64,000 nucleotides of DNA from a virus. Position numbers and translations under genes: made by a program. Where the stretch lies: positions 12,533-76,532 of IMG/VR virus record IMGVR_UViG_3300046028_007828. The stretch is one strand, 5' to 3'. Shown here piece by piece: positions 50,055 through 59,599 of this stretch. How positions within the stretch are numbered: position 1 is the stretch's first letter; every line of letters begins with the position of its first letter. The notes beneath the pieces were generated by a model that searched no databases, was not told where the DNA came from, and saw only the letters and a list, made by a program, of their open reading frames with translations.

Positions 50055-50652
50055 TTGGTGGGTTCCTGAAATAGATACACACTGCTTTCAGGCGGTGTTA
50101 AAAGAAGTCGAGGCCGTCGATGAACTCGCCAACCTTTGCAAGACCAAGCGGGTGTGTATCCAAGCGGGAGGAAATCTCGGAATTTGGCCAAAAAAGCTAT
50201 CTACTATATTCGACTCGGTGTACACATTTGAACCCGACTTGGAAAATTGGCAAGCCCTTGAAAAAAATTTGGTCGGTATAAATAATATACATGCAAAAAA
50301 TTGCGCGCTTGGAGCAATTCCGGGAAAAGTATCAATAGATAGACTGAAACCGAATAATGTTGGAGCGCACCAAGTTAAAGATGGGGCGGACACAGAAAGA
50401 ATAACTATAGATAGTTTAAATTTGTCCGAAGTTAGTCTTATACAACTGGACGTGGAGGGAAGTGAACATGATGCGATATTGGGAGCAAAAGCTACTTTAT
50501 TGCGAAGTAATCCTATTGTTGTATTGGAGTTAAAGGGGTTGGGAAAGCGGTATGGACATTCCGACGCAAATACGGTAAAACTGCTCGGAGAGTTGGGATT
50601 TTCTCATATAAAAACCATCAAGCGCGACTGGGTATTTTCGAAACTTTCTTGA
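50035..50652 (+). CDS. FkbM-family methyltransferase
   Basis: QAGGNLG, TFEP, ALG, IQLDVEGSE. Confidence 0.85.
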   Translation: MIILKNNWWVPEIDTHCFQAVLKEVEAVDELANLCKTKRVCIQAGGNLGIWPKKLSTIFDSVYTFEPDLENWQALEKNLVGINNIHAKNCALGAIPGKVSIDRLKPNNVGAHQVKDGADTERITIDSLNLSEVSLIQLDVEGSEHDAILGAKATLLRSNPIVVLELKGLGKRYGHSDANTVKLLGELGFSHIKTIKRDWVFSKLS

Positions 50653-50676
50653 CATCTAATAAAAATTATCTAAGAT
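50649..50676 (+). promoter_or_regulatory. Promoter for kinase/PolB
   Basis: TTGACA-16nt-TAAGAT, 6 nt before ATG (near-leaderless). Confidence 0.7.
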
Positions 50677-50682
50677 GGGTAT

Positions 50683-51129
50683 ATGAAACCCAATTTATTT
50701 GTTATGGTAGGAATTAGCGGCTCTGGAAAGAGCACCTATTCCAACAAGTTGAAGACCGACTTTTCAGCCGAACTGGTCGAGACCGATGCAATTCGCGTGG
50801 AATTGAGCGGAGATGCACAAGACCAGACCCAAAATGGTCGAGTATTTTCCGTTGCCAAGGACCGCGTCGCGAAGTATTTGGCGGAGGGAAAGAATGTTAT
50901 TATCGACGCGACCAGTCTGTCTATCAAGGACCGTAAGGATTGGGTCGAGATTGGCAAAGCCAACTCGGCGCTCATCAATGCTTATTTTGTAGATACGCCA
51001 GTCAATGTCGCTAAACAGAGAAATTCTTCTCGTTTGCGCCAAGTTCCGGAGTGGGTTATCGACAAGCAAGCATCTAAGCTACACGCCCCGACTCGTTCTG
51101 AGGGATTTGATGCGGTTTCCGTGGTATAA
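50683..51129 (+). CDS. Stand-alone P-loop polynucleotide kinase (AAA_33)
   Basis: GISGSGKST, D.IR, IIDAT, R..R..VP; no HAD domain. Confidence 0.82.
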   Translation: MKPNLFVMVGISGSGKSTYSNKLKTDFSAELVETDAIRVELSGDAQDQTQNGRVFSVAKDRVAKYLAEGKNVIIDATSLSIKDRKDWVEIGKANSALINAYFVDTPVNVAKQRNSSRLRQVPEWVIDKQASKLHAPTRSEGFDAVSVV

Positions 51130-51151
51130 CACCGAGTCAAACTGTTCCAAT

Positions 51152-53707
51152 ATGTACCAAGCTATTTACTGCGAGCACAAGACCGGCATTGTTCATCTAT
51201 GGGACGATATAAATGGATATGTAAATTTTAAACACAAGCCATACGCATATAAACGTTCCCAAAATGGGAAGTATATGTCGATTTATGGCGATAAGCTAGA
51301 CCGGGTAGAGAAGTATAATTTCAAAGACCCATCATTATTTGAATCCGACGTTCCGTGGGATACCCGCGTTCTGATTGATGCGTACACCGACAGTGATGAA
51401 ATGAGCATAAATCACCGGATTGCAATTTTGGACATTGAAACGGATTCCACCGGAGGATATCCCAACATAGAAATTCCGGAGCAAAAAATCACCGCTATTG
51501 CATTGAGGGATGATGCGAACGACAAGTATTACTGTCTTGTTTTGGACGAGGAAAACGTTGTGGCGGACGAAGTGACCGGAAATATTAATATTTTAGGATA
51601 TCGAACTGAGCAGTCACTGTTGACGGAGTTTCTTAAGAGATGGCGCAGCGTGAACCCGACGATTGCCACTGGGTGGAATACTGATGGATTTGACTTCATG
51701 TATCTATCGGCTCGATTGGACGCCGTGTTAGGAGATGGCGCAAAAAATGGTTTATCTCCTATCAATGTTTGCTATTTCAATAAATATAAAGACAAGATGA
51801 CGATTGCCGGAGTCAATTGTCTGGATTATCTTGTTCTATATAAAAAGTATAGCGGAAAGAACCTACCAAACTATCGACTAGATACCGTCGCAAAAGAGGA
51901 GTTGAAAGAGGGAAAGATTGTGTATCAAGGGTCGCTTGATAGCTTAAAACGCACAGACATTAAAAAATTCATCGAGTATAATTTACACGACGTTGTGTTA
52001 ATCAAACGACTGAATGATTCTCTCCAATTTATTGAATTGGCGATGTCGATTTGTCACGTATGTCACGTGGGTTATGAAGAGTTTCATGTGTCGTCCAAAT
52101 TCTTGGAAGGCGCGTTGCTAACGTATCTTAGGAGAAAGCATTTGGTTGCACCAAACAAACGACCAAAGTCCGAAGAAGATATAGACGATTTAGCAATTTC
52201 CGACGGAGATGATGATGACGACGACGTTGGATTTGAGGGTGCTTATGTAAAAGACCCAATCCCCGGTAGATACGATTGGATTTGTAGCGCGGACATCAAT
52301 TCGCTGTATCCATCGGTTATTATGAGTTTGAATATTTCGCCCGAGACAAAGCTGGATGTTATAGCCGAGTGGAGTCCTGAGAAATTAATCAAGAAGTCTG
52401 CCGATACAATTCAATTTGCCGGTGACCCATATACATACGCACAGTTCTCGGAAATTGTGACGGAGAACAATCTATCTGTGAGTTCAAACGGCGTAGTTTA
52501 CGATCAAAACAAGCTCGGTTGTATTCCCGATATTTTGAAAACGTGGTTCGCCGAACGTCTGGAGTTTAAAACCAAGATGAAAGACGCGAGCAATCGCATG
52601 AAGAAAAGTAATTCACCGGAGGATAAGGCTGACTACGTTTTCTGGAAGAGGCGACAACACGTGCAGAAGATTCTGTTGAATTCTCTGTATGGTGTATTGG
52701 GATTGTCTGTGTTTAGATTTTACGACTTAGACAATGCCGCCGCAGTTACATTAACTGGGCAAGATATCATTAAAACTTCGGCGAAGTACGTAAATGGTAA
52801 ATTCAATAAACGTTGCAATAGTACAGACAAGGACTATGTAGTTTACATTGATACCGACTCATTGTACTTGGACATAAACTCGCTGGCAATACATGACAAA
52901 ATTGTGGACATTAAACCGTACGCAATTAAAACTATCAAAGAAGTTGAGGCGGATTTAAATAATTTTTACGTCGTCATGATGTTGAGAATGTTCAACTCGA
53001 CCGACAATCGAATCAAAATCGCCGCCGATGTTGTGGCACAGTCCGCTTTCTGGGTTGTTAAAAAGCGTTATGCCATGCATAAAGTGTATAACATGGAAGA
53101 AAGCAAAGACATGGACGACATTGAAATCAAGGGACTAGACGTTGTTAGGTCGTCTTATCCGAGGAAATTCCGAGATTTCATGAGTTCTGTATTGTCCGAT
53201 ATTCTCAAAGGTACTACTAATTTGGCTCTAAACACTAAGGTATTGGAGTTCAAGCGAACAATGCCATCATTCAATTTAGAGGACGTGGCAAAAAATACAT
53301 CCGTTAGATTCATCTCAAATACTGCCGCTAAGACAAACTTTAATCCACCAAGCCGGGAGCCATTCCAGTTTGTGTATGGGGCCACGGCACAATGTAAAGC
53401 TTCACTTGCATATAACGACATGTTGAAGAATTATAATGAGGGTGGAACCGAGCCGATATTGAGCGGAGGAAAAATCAAGTGGGTTTATCTCAGAGACAAT
53501 CCATTTGGGTTGAATGGTATGGCGTTCAAAGATGACGGAAAAGACCCACAAGTAATAATGGATTTTATTTTGACATACATCGACCGAGAAGCTATATGGA
53601 ACTCGGAATTGGAAAAGAAATTGAAAGCATTCTACGAAGCATTGCGTTGGGATTTTTATTGCGACGAAATTGAGGCCGTTCAACAATTTTTCACATTTGA
53701 CGATTAA
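51152..53707 (+). CDS. Family B DNA polymerase (gp43-like)
   Basis: LDIET, GWN.DGFD, YNLHD exonuclease motifs; DINSLYPS, KILLNSLYG, YIDTDS, KKRY; start trimmed to MYQAIY. Confidence 0.96.
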   Translation: MYQAIYCEHKTGIVHLWDDINGYVNFKHKPYAYKRSQNGKYMSIYGDKLDRVEKYNFKDPSLFESDVPWDTRVLIDAYTDSDEMSINHRIAILDIETDSTGGYPNIEIPEQKITAIALRDDANDKYYCLVLDEENVVADEVTGNINILGYRTEQSLLTEFLKRWRSVNPTIATGWNTDGFDFMYLSARLDAVLGDGAKNGLSPINVCYFNKYKDKMTIAGVNCLDYLVLYKKYSGKNLPNYRLDTVAKEELKEGKIVYQGSLDSLKRTDIKKFIEYNLHDVVLIKRLNDSLQFIELAMSICHVCHVGYEEFHVSSKFLEGALLTYLRRKHLVAPNKRPKSEEDIDDLAISDGDDDDDDVGFEGAYVKDPIPGRYDWICSADINSLYPSVIMSLNISPETKLDVIAEWSPEKLIKKSADTIQFAGDPYTYAQFSEIVTENNLSVSSNGVVYDQNKLGCIPDILKTWFAERLEFKTKMKDASNRMKKSNSPEDKADYVFWKRRQHVQKILLNSLYGVLGLSVFRFYDLDNAAAVTLTGQDIIKTSAKYVNGKFNKRCNSTDKDYVVYIDTDSLYLDINSLAIHDKIVDIKPYAIKTIKEVEADLNNFYVVMMLRMFNSTDNRIKIAADVVAQSAFWVVKKRYAMHKVYNMEESKDMDDIEIKGLDVVRSSYPRKFRDFMSSVLSDILKGTTNLALNTKVLEFKRTMPSFNLEDVAKNTSVRFISNTAAKTNFNPPSREPFQFVYGATAQCKASLAYNDMLKNYNEGGTEPILSGGKIKWVYLRDNPFGLNGMAFKDDGKDPQVIMDFILTYIDREAIWNSELEKKLKAFYEALRWDFYCDEIEAVQQFFTFDD

Positions 53708-53752
53708 CGTTGACAAACGTTCTTGGAAATGTAACATCGAACAATATTTATT

Positions 53753-54472
53753 ATGCAAAAAAGCAGCCTACTACGTTTTATTGAGCTATATAATCTATCC
53801 GGCACGGTAGAAAAAGTTAAGTTGGTTTCTGACGGAACCAACCTAAAAGCTAAAATTGTGACCGACGATAAAAGTTTGGCCGGATGCATCGAATACAAAA
53901 ATTTACCAATCGAGGCCGGGGAATATGCAGTCCATGATACTGCACAACTCAAAAAGATGCTGAGTATTTTCGATGACACATTGAATATCGGAATCGACAA
54001 GGTAAACGGAAGAAATGTAAGTTTTTCTTTTAAGGACAAGACAGCAGAATCTTTGTATATGTTGGCCGATTTGTCGGTTATCCCCAGAACAGTGAGTGTT
54101 CCAAACACCATTGTATTCGACTTGGAACTTGCACTGGATGATAGTTTTATGGAAAGATTCATTCGGGCTAAGTCCGCGCTGTTGGAGGCCGAAACATTCA
54201 CCATAATGATGAATGACAAGGGAGCGGTCGAAGTAATCGTTGGACACAGTAACATCAATAGCAATAGGATTAAGTTGGTGGCAACACCAGTCGGAGTGCC
54301 CGCTCCCAAGAAGGATATCACCTTTAATGCCAACTATTTCAAGGATATTTTGTTAAGAAACCGTGGAACGCCAAGTGTATTGAAAATCAACACCGACGGA
54401 ATCGGACACGTGAATTTCACGTGCGCAGATTATGTTGCCGATTACTATTTGTTAAAGACCGCGATTAAATAA
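53753..54472 (+). CDS. Sliding clamp (gp45-like)
   Basis: 239 aa, beta-rich, between PolB and clamp loader; promoter TTGACA-16-TAACAT at 53710..53737. Confidence 0.72.
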   Translation: MQKSSLLRFIELYNLSGTVEKVKLVSDGTNLKAKIVTDDKSLAGCIEYKNLPIEAGEYAVHDTAQLKKMLSIFDDTLNIGIDKVNGRNVSFSFKDKTAESLYMLADLSVIPRTVSVPNTIVFDLELALDDSFMERFIRAKSALLEAETFTIMMNDKGAVEVIVGHSNINSNRIKLVATPVGVPAPKKDITFNANYFKDILLRNRGTPSVLKINTDGIGHVNFTCADYVADYYLLKTAIK

Positions 54473-54473
54473 T

Positions 54474-55427
54474 ATGAGTTTTATAGAAATAGACGAAACT
54501 GCACAATCTCCAGTAGCACATACTCTCTGGGTGGAGAAGTATAGACCTATTGGACTTGACCAATATGTTGGAAACGACACACTAAAAGCAAAAATAAAAC
54601 AATATATCGCGAATAATGATATTCCACATCTGTTGTTTTATGGAAGTGCGGGAACAGGCAAGACGACATTAGCAAAACTAATTGCTAGCAGCATCAAATG
54701 TGATGTAATGTATATCAACGCATCGGATGAAAATGGAATCGAGACGGTTCGCGTAAAAATCAAGAATTTCGCGTCTACAATTGGATTCAACAATTTGAAG
54801 ATTATTATATTGGATGAGGCCGACTATTTTACTCCAGCCGGTCAAGCTGGTTTGCGTAATACGATGGAAACTTTCAGTGAACATACTAGGTTTATATTAA
54901 CCGCAAACCATCACGAGAGAATAGTTGACCCGATTATTTCTCGCTGCCAACTATTCTCAATTACTCCACCGTCGAAAAACGAAGTGGCGATGACGCTATT
55001 AAGAATATTGACCGCAGAAAATGTGAAGTTCGAGAAAAAGGACATCGCGTTAATCGTTCAATCTCATTACCCAGATATCCGGGCGGTGATAAACACAGCC
55101 CAGCGGAATGTGATTAGCGGCGAATTGAAAGTGGCAACGGAGGATGTTGCGCAGGGCGACCTTAAAACGAAGCTACTGGCACACTTGATGAATAAAGATA
55201 CGAAACGGGCGTTCACGGACATTCGGCAATTGATGGCGAATAATTCAATCAAAAGTTATTCCGATTTTTATACATATATGTACGAACAAGTTGAAGTATA
55301 TGCACCCGAGAATGTCGTGGAAGTTGTTGTTATTCTGGCCGACAGCCAGTTCCAAGACGCACAGGTTGTAGACAAGGAAATTTGTTTCGCCGCGTGTATC
55401 AGCAAAGTTTTAAATTCAACCAAATAA
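54474..55427 (+). CDS. Clamp loader AAA+ subunit (gp44/RFC-like)
   Basis: LWVEKYRP, GSAGTGKT, INASDE, ILDEAD, ISRC. Confidence 0.95.
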   Translation: MSFIEIDETAQSPVAHTLWVEKYRPIGLDQYVGNDTLKAKIKQYIANNDIPHLLFYGSAGTGKTTLAKLIASSIKCDVMYINASDENGIETVRVKIKNFASTIGFNNLKIIILDEADYFTPAGQAGLRNTMETFSEHTRFILTANHHERIVDPIISRCQLFSITPPSKNEVAMTLLRILTAENVKFEKKDIALIVQSHYPDIRAVINTAQRNVISGELKVATEDVAQGDLKTKLLAHLMNKDTKRAFTDIRQLMANNSIKSYSDFYTYMYEQVEVYAPENVVEVVVILADSQFQDAQVVDKEICFAACISKVLNSTK

Positions 55428-55431
55428 AATT

Positions 55432-55833
55432 ATGTATTCAGCAGTATTATTAGACGAAAAATCTCAACTTGCTCTATCAGCATGGGCAGATAAAAATATC
55501 AAAATCAATGGCGTTAGATTACCCATTGTTGTTCGTGACAATGGTTGGAAAATGATTTGTCATCATATGACAATAAAGTTTGGCGGCACTCCCGAGTTTG
55601 TTAAACAATATCTTGGCACAGAACAAAACCTTGAAATCACTCATTATGGAATGAGTGACAAGGCTGTTGCTGTGCGTGTTGTTGGTTTTCATAGTGAAAA
55701 CAAAATTCCTCATATCACTGTGGCAGTAAATGTTAAAAATGGTGGAAAGCCAGTTGACAGCAACAAAATCACTGAATGGCTTACAGTTGAAAAAGGACCA
55801 ACGCTAAAAGGCGTCGTGACAGAACTACAATGA
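55432..55833 (+). CDS. 2H phosphoesterase (2',3'-cyclic phosphodiesterase-like)
   Basis: Two HxT motifs: CHHMTI and KIPHITVAV. Confidence 0.8.
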   Translation: MYSAVLLDEKSQLALSAWADKNIKINGVRLPIVVRDNGWKMICHHMTIKFGGTPEFVKQYLGTEQNLEITHYGMSDKAVAVRVVGFHSENKIPHITVAVNVKNGGKPVDSNKITEWLTVEKGPTLKGVVTELQ

Positions 55834-56048
55834 AAATCAACGACGCTGTATTCTTCACAGACAACACAACTGTTCGTCTGGAAACTGACAAGGGCAACTT
55901 TTATCTCACCGATAAAGGCAAGTTTTATAACATGCATCCGATAAACGTGATGGCAGATGAAATCAAGGTAGCAGAATTGAAAGAAATCAAATCTGTTGCC
56001 AAAAAGGGTGGATATAAAAACGACAAAGAAGTGAAGAAATGGTTATGA
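55830..56048 (+). CDS. Hypothetical protein
   Basis: 72-aa ORF with ATGA overlaps on both sides. Confidence 0.6.
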   Translation: MKINDAVFFTDNTTVRLETDKGNFYLTDKGKFYNMHPINVMADEIKVAELKEIKSVAKKGGYKNDKEVKKWL

Positions 56049-56947
56049 ATAAAGACAATGTAAGTGGACTAATTATAGGTTCTCTTGTAGGCGATGCACT
56101 TGGAGTACCGGTAGAATTTCGTCCACGGGAAGTTTTGCGTCAAAATCCCGTCGTTGACATGCGTTCGTTTGGCACACATTTTCAACCAAAAGGAACATGG
56201 TCGGATGATGGTTCATTACTTCTTATAACATTGGAGACGCTTATAAACAAGGAACCACCGGTCGAAGCATTGAAAAAGTTCGTGAAATGGGTCAACGAGG
56301 GATATTGGACTGCACACGGCGACGCATTTGATATTGGAAACACCACAGCAGACGCAATAGCGGGCTTTATGCAGCACGGTAAGCCTTCCGCCCCCCATAC
56401 GCCACAAAGCAACGGAAATGGCGCATTAATGAGGATTGCGCCACTTGCTCTGTTCGTGGATTCAAAGCATACAAAACCGGAAGAGTTATATAAACTCTGT
56501 GGAGAATGGTCTGCACTTACCCATGGACATGAAATATCGGCATTTGCCTGCACTTATTATACAATGTTGATTTCTCTTATTCTAAGTGGATGTTCATTGT
56601 CGGAGGCTCACTTGTATACTTGCTCATTGACTGAAAAATTCGCACCAAAAGAATTTGATAGATTATTGAGTTCGATAAAGCACATCTCAGATTACAACCT
56701 AGAAGATATAAAGTCTGATGGGTATTGTCTACACACACTGGAAGCGGCAGTTTGGGCAGCATTCAATAGTCCATCTTACAAAGACAGTGTGTTGATGGCA
56801 GTAAATATGGGAGAAGACACGGACACGACTGCGAGCGTGTGTGGAGGAATCTTGGGGGCATATTATGGAAAATCTGCAATACCTAAAGAATGGGTACAAT
56901 CTCTGGCAAGACTAAATGATATTGAAAACTTAATCGCAAAAATATGA
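56045..56947 (+). CDS. ADP-ribosylglycohydrolase (DraG/ARH family)
   Basis: GDALGVP.EF, WSDD, DIG.TT, GNGALMR, LTH, GEDTDT. Confidence 0.93.
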   Translation: MNKDNVSGLIIGSLVGDALGVPVEFRPREVLRQNPVVDMRSFGTHFQPKGTWSDDGSLLLITLETLINKEPPVEALKKFVKWVNEGYWTAHGDAFDIGNTTADAIAGFMQHGKPSAPHTPQSNGNGALMRIAPLALFVDSKHTKPEELYKLCGEWSALTHGHEISAFACTYYTMLISLILSGCSLSEAHLYTCSLTEKFAPKEFDRLLSSIKHISDYNLEDIKSDGYCLHTLEAAVWAAFNSPSYKDSVLMAVNMGEDTDTTASVCGGILGAYYGKSAIPKEWVQSLARLNDIENLIAKI

Positions 56948-57243
56948 AATCTAAACTTGACCAAATGTACAATGAGATTGAAACCGGATGGAATGTCGGT
57001 CTAAAAAAGCTTAGAGAAGGAAGCACCCCCTTGACCGAAAGCGCACGAAAGTCGATAGAAGAAACAAGAAATAACGTTGTGGAAGACATGCGCGATGCAA
57101 ACATATATAGACACATTGGAGTTCCGGGTGCAGCGGAATCTTCGGACCCCGGCGATGATATTGAACATTGGCAAGAAATATATGACTGGTGTTCTCGAAT
57201 ATTATCTATAATAGACGAAATGTTAGCACATAAAACTATATGA
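56944..57243 (+). CDS. Hypothetical protein
   Basis: 99-aa ORF with ATGA overlaps. Confidence 0.6.
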   Translation: MKSKLDQMYNEIETGWNVGLKKLREGSTPLTESARKSIEETRNNVVEDMRDANIYRHIGVPGAAESSDPGDDIEHWQEIYDWCSRILSIIDEMLAHKTI

Positions 57244-57497
57244 ATCGTCGTAGATTTCTAACAACATTGTTTGGGTTGGCAGCGGCTCCTGTTATAGTAG
57301 CGAGAGTATTGTCGGCACCACCCAAGCCGACATTATTGGCTTTCAAAGGAAAGCGGTTTATGGAGACTGGATATGTATATGCTCCATACATTCCAATGCT
57401 TATTACACCGATGATAGATATAAAACCAATGAGAAACTCACCACTCGGTAAAGTATTTTACATGAATAAGTATTATACAAAACATACAACCTTGTGA
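57240..57497 (+). CDS. Small protein: twin-arginine-like signal plus major-capsid-like motifs
   Basis: MNRRRFLTTLFGLAAAP; FKGKRFMETGYVYAPYIPM; IKPMRNSPLGKVFY. Confidence 0.65.
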   Translation: MNRRRFLTTLFGLAAAPVIVARVLSAPPKPTLLAFKGKRFMETGYVYAPYIPMLITPMIDIKPMRNSPLGKVFYMNKYYTKHTTL

Positions 57498-57793
57498 TTA
57501 CTGTCGTAAACAAATACAAACACACTCCAACACCAAATGATATTTATATTGGTCGCGGCTCTGCATTTGGAAATCCATATGTGATTGGCAGTGAATATAC
57601 ACGAGATAAAGCAGTGGATGCATATTGTACATACTTGAATGCCAAGCGGCAATATAATGCACAATTTAGACATGAACTGCAAAAGATTGCCGACAAAGCA
57701 AAGATAAGTGACATAAACCTCGTGTGTTATTGCAAGCCACAAAGATGTCATGGAGATATTTTGAAAGAATTGTTAGAGTCGGAGTATTTATAG
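57494..57793 (+). CDS. DUF4326 protein
   Basis: IYIGRGSAFGNPY...LVCYCKPQRCHGDIL. Confidence 0.88.
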   Translation: MITVVNKYKHTPTPNDIYIGRGSAFGNPYVIGSEYTRDKAVDAYCTYLNAKRQYNAQFRHELQKIADKAKISDINLVCYCKPQRCHGDILKELLESEYL

Positions 57794-57897
57794 AAATATT
57801 TCTTTATTATATATTGACAATTTCAATATTTGAAACATAGTTATACTTCGAAGTCACCATTGTGGTGCTAGTAACTAAAATAACAAAAGGTTGAAAT

Positions 57898-58809
57898 ATG
57901 TCATATAAACATGGTATTGGTATGTCCGTTTGCATAAATGGACGAGCAACAAAGGAATATTCTAAAGATGGAACTTCCTTTATAGAAGCAAGGCATGGTA
58001 CTAATTATACCGTGAAACTCAAAAACGATAATGGCTATAAAGTAATGGCTGTATTGTCGGTAGATGGATTGGATGTTGTTACAGGCAAACCAGCCGAAGA
58101 CAGTAACAAAGGCTATATTCTTGATCCATACAGCAGTGTAGAAATAAAAGGCTACAGAATCAGCGACAAAGAATCTGCGGCATTTATTTTTACAAGCAAA
58201 GGCAAGAGTTATGTACAACAAACAAGCGGAGATGCCAGAAATTCTGGTGTAATTGGTGTAAGAGTATTTGGTGAAAAATCAAAACCTCAACCAATTTCGC
58301 AACCATATCCGGTGAGTCCGTGGAATCCATTTCCATATTCAATATCTTATGCAACAGGTAGTGGTTTTACGCAAACATATACAAACTATGTTTCTACGGG
58401 CGGTACAACTACTTGTGCAACAAATGCCGCAACATACACCACATCCAACAATACTCTTGGATGTTATGGAACAAATGCCGCAACATTTACTACCGAAACC
58501 GCAATCACAAGCAGAAATCTCGGACTAAATACCAGATCGGCAATATCAAATACATTTGATACTCCGTTGAGTTACAAACAATTTGACACTGGTACTGGTT
58601 GGGGCAAAAAGTTGGACGACAGAGTAAAAAAAGAATACTTTGATAAAGGAGAACTTCTTGCCGAGATTGTGTCTTATTATGCTTCACGCGAAGCATTGGA
58701 AACTATGGGAATTGATTTGTCTGATAGTCCAAGAGTTACCGAAGAAGAAAAAAAGCCACAGGCATTTGGTAGCAAATATTGCCAACCACCAACTGGATGG
58801 GTCGGCTAA
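57898..58809 (+). CDS. Hypothetical conserved protein with Thr-rich linker
   Basis: VLSVDGLDVVTG...GVIGVRVF.E...GTGWG; promoter TTGACA-16-CATAGT at 57814..57841. Confidence 0.7.
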   Translation: MSYKHGIGMSVCINGRATKEYSKDGTSFIEARHGTNYTVKLKNDNGYKVMAVLSVDGLDVVTGKPAEDSNKGYILDPYSSVEIKGYRISDKESAAFIFTSKGKSYVQQTSGDARNSGVIGVRVFGEKSKPQPISQPYPVSPWNPFPYSISYATGSGFTQTYTNYVSTGGTTTCATNAATYTTSNNTLGCYGTNAATFTTETAITSRNLGLNTRSAISNTFDTPLSYKQFDTGTGWGKKLDDRVKKEYFDKGELLAEIVSYYASREALETMGIDLSDSPRVTEEEKKPQAFGSKYCQPPTGWVG

Positions 58810-58838
58810 AAAATAAACAATCAAATACAAAACTTTAT

Positions 58839-59531
58839 ATGAAAAAAATTATTCACGCACTAACAATCATCGACAAATCAAGCAGTATGAATCCTTATCG
58901 CTCTCGTACCATTGAAGGGATCAATGAAAATATCAACGCTCTCAAAAAAGAAGTAGATGCCGACACGGACATTCTTAATACTCAACTTCAATTCAGTGCA
59001 ACTGGAAATTCTTGGGGATGGAATGGGGGAGCAAAAACCCAAGAAACGGACTTAAAGTTTGTTCGGGTTGGTCAAAAGGTACAAGAATTGACGGATATGA
59101 CCAATGAACAATATGAACCAGCGGGCGGCACTCCATTACTTGATGCTATTGGTCTTGGTATTGAAAAAGTAAAAGATTTCCACGGTGACAAGCTCGGTGA
59201 AGATAATCTCAAGATCATTGTGACAATCTTTACTGACGGAGAAGAAAACTCGTCCATCAAGCATGATCGCGCAAGTATCAAGAAGATGATTGATCATTTT
59301 CAATCTGATGGAAAGTGGACTTTCACTTTCGTTGGCTGTGGATCGTTTGATAATGTAGCGGCAACATCTGCTGCTATGGGGATAAATGCCGCCAATACGA
59401 TTGCAGTCGCTGACAGTGACGCAGGAAGATCAGTTGCCAATGCTAAAATTGCAACCTCATATACAAACTATGTAAGGTCTGCAAAATTGGGAGTGGTTGA
59501 CAACGACCTGTTTACAGAAAAAAGTCTATAA
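58839..59531 (+). CDS. von Willebrand factor A domain protein
   Basis: IIDKSSSM MIDAS, GGTPLLDAIG, FTDGEENSS, W.F.FVG. Confidence 0.88.
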   Translation: MKKIIHALTIIDKSSSMNPYRSRTIEGINENINALKKEVDADTDILNTQLQFSATGNSWGWNGGAKTQETDLKFVRVGQKVQELTDMTNEQYEPAGGTPLLDAIGLGIEKVKDFHGDKLGEDNLKIIVTIFTDGEENSSIKHDRASIKKMIDHFQSDGKWTFTFVGCGSFDNVAATSAAMGINAANTIAVADSDAGRSVANAKIATSYTNYVRSAKLGVVDNDLFTEKSL

Positions 59532-59535
59532 TACG

Positions 59536-59561
59536 AAAACCCACCTTTCGGTGGGTTTTTT
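59536..59561 (+). terminator. Intrinsic terminator
   Basis: AAAACCCACC-TTTC-GGTGGGTTTT. Confidence 0.88.
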
Positions 59562-59599
59562 ATTGACTTATTGTTATTTTGGTTCATGGTAATACAATT

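Noticed and set aside
51005-51151. 49-aa N-terminal extension of PolB in the ORF track
   Set aside because: It overlaps the kinase gene; ATG 51152 (MYQAIY) is the more plausible start
35620-53707. Introns or inteins in nrdA/nrdB and PolB (also checked helicase and UvsX)
   Set aside because: ORFs are continuous and of normal length with no intein splice motifs seen
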